From Callorhinchus milii (Eukaryota), in assembly GCF_018977255.1 (NCBI RefSeq), contig NW_024704764.1:868001-932000 (forward strand): a DNA stretch of 64,000 bases, in the 5' to 3' direction. Numbering within the stretch: position 1 is the stretch's first letter; every line of letters begins with the position of its first letter. A model generated the notes under the pieces. The model saw nothing but the letters and a program-made list of their open reading frames with translations, made no database searches and was not told the DNA's origin. Both the position numbers and the translations under genes were made by a program. Below, one piece after another: positions 63,573 to 64,000 of this stretch.

Positions 63573-64000
63573 ATCCCAAGTAGAAGGTAAAAAGGAGTCA
63601 AAACACATTCCACAGGGGAGATGAGAAAACCGGTGAGGCATAGGCCCAAATGTACAAGTCCTGAACCCTTATGAAAACATTTTATATGTAAGTGTTAATA
63701 AACCACTTCTGTACAGGCAGTAGCTGTGATCGTGATCATTTGGCTTGACAGAACAGGAAATCTCTCCTTCCCCCTCCCAATCTCAAACTTCCACCCTGAG
63801 GATTCCACAATTTAATCAAATGCAGTTGAACTCAAAAAAACATAATTGTTCCATTCAACGACCCAGTTAGTCTGTCACTAATGTAATGAGATTTCAGTGC
63901 AGGGGGTACATACATGAATGTTTGTTCCCAAGTTTCACCTAATACCACCTGTCTGCAGCAAACAGGTGTGGTCAATCCCACAGCTGTGTAAAGCTCCAGC

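Larger units (their letters stand above)
13520..64000 (-). other. Large SKAP1 intron (>50 kb); upstream exons probably lie beyond the window
   Basis: No further SKAP-like exon recognised; the equivalent intron is very large in other vertebrates (recalled). Confidence 0.6.

Overview
Vertebrate genomic DNA, not prokaryotic. The repeat content (tRNA-headed SINEs sharing an L2-type tail, Deu-domain SINEs, L2 and CR1 LINEs) points to a cartilaginous fish, most likely a chimaera or elephant shark; this is inference. The only protein-coding signal is five spliced minus-strand exons (13436-13519, 9874-9957, 7401-7519, 4663-4726, 1346-1525). All have GT-AG boundaries and compatible phases, and together they encode the PH domain and acidic tyrosine-motif linker of a SKAP-family adaptor, most likely SKAP1/SKAP55. 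Spliced peptide: [125 protein letters not shown](E)11GNDEETYDDVDSGLANQPNHKSSMAGMDQEEEEDIYEVLP. Positions 13520-64000 appear to be one intron of more than 50 kb, filled with LINE/SINE fragments and repeat-free, motif-rich blocks that look like conserved non-coding elements (SKAP genes flank Hox clusters). I found no clearly new biological system. Best leads: an unclassified hairpin-bearing interspersed repeat (4 copies), a CR1 nested in an L2 near the homologous RT position, a decayed Penelope-type hammerhead, CTCF sites, a CpG-rich double-CRE element and a FOX:ETS/RUNX element. Repeat boundaries were read by eye and are approximate; family names and human comparisons are from memory, not database searches.
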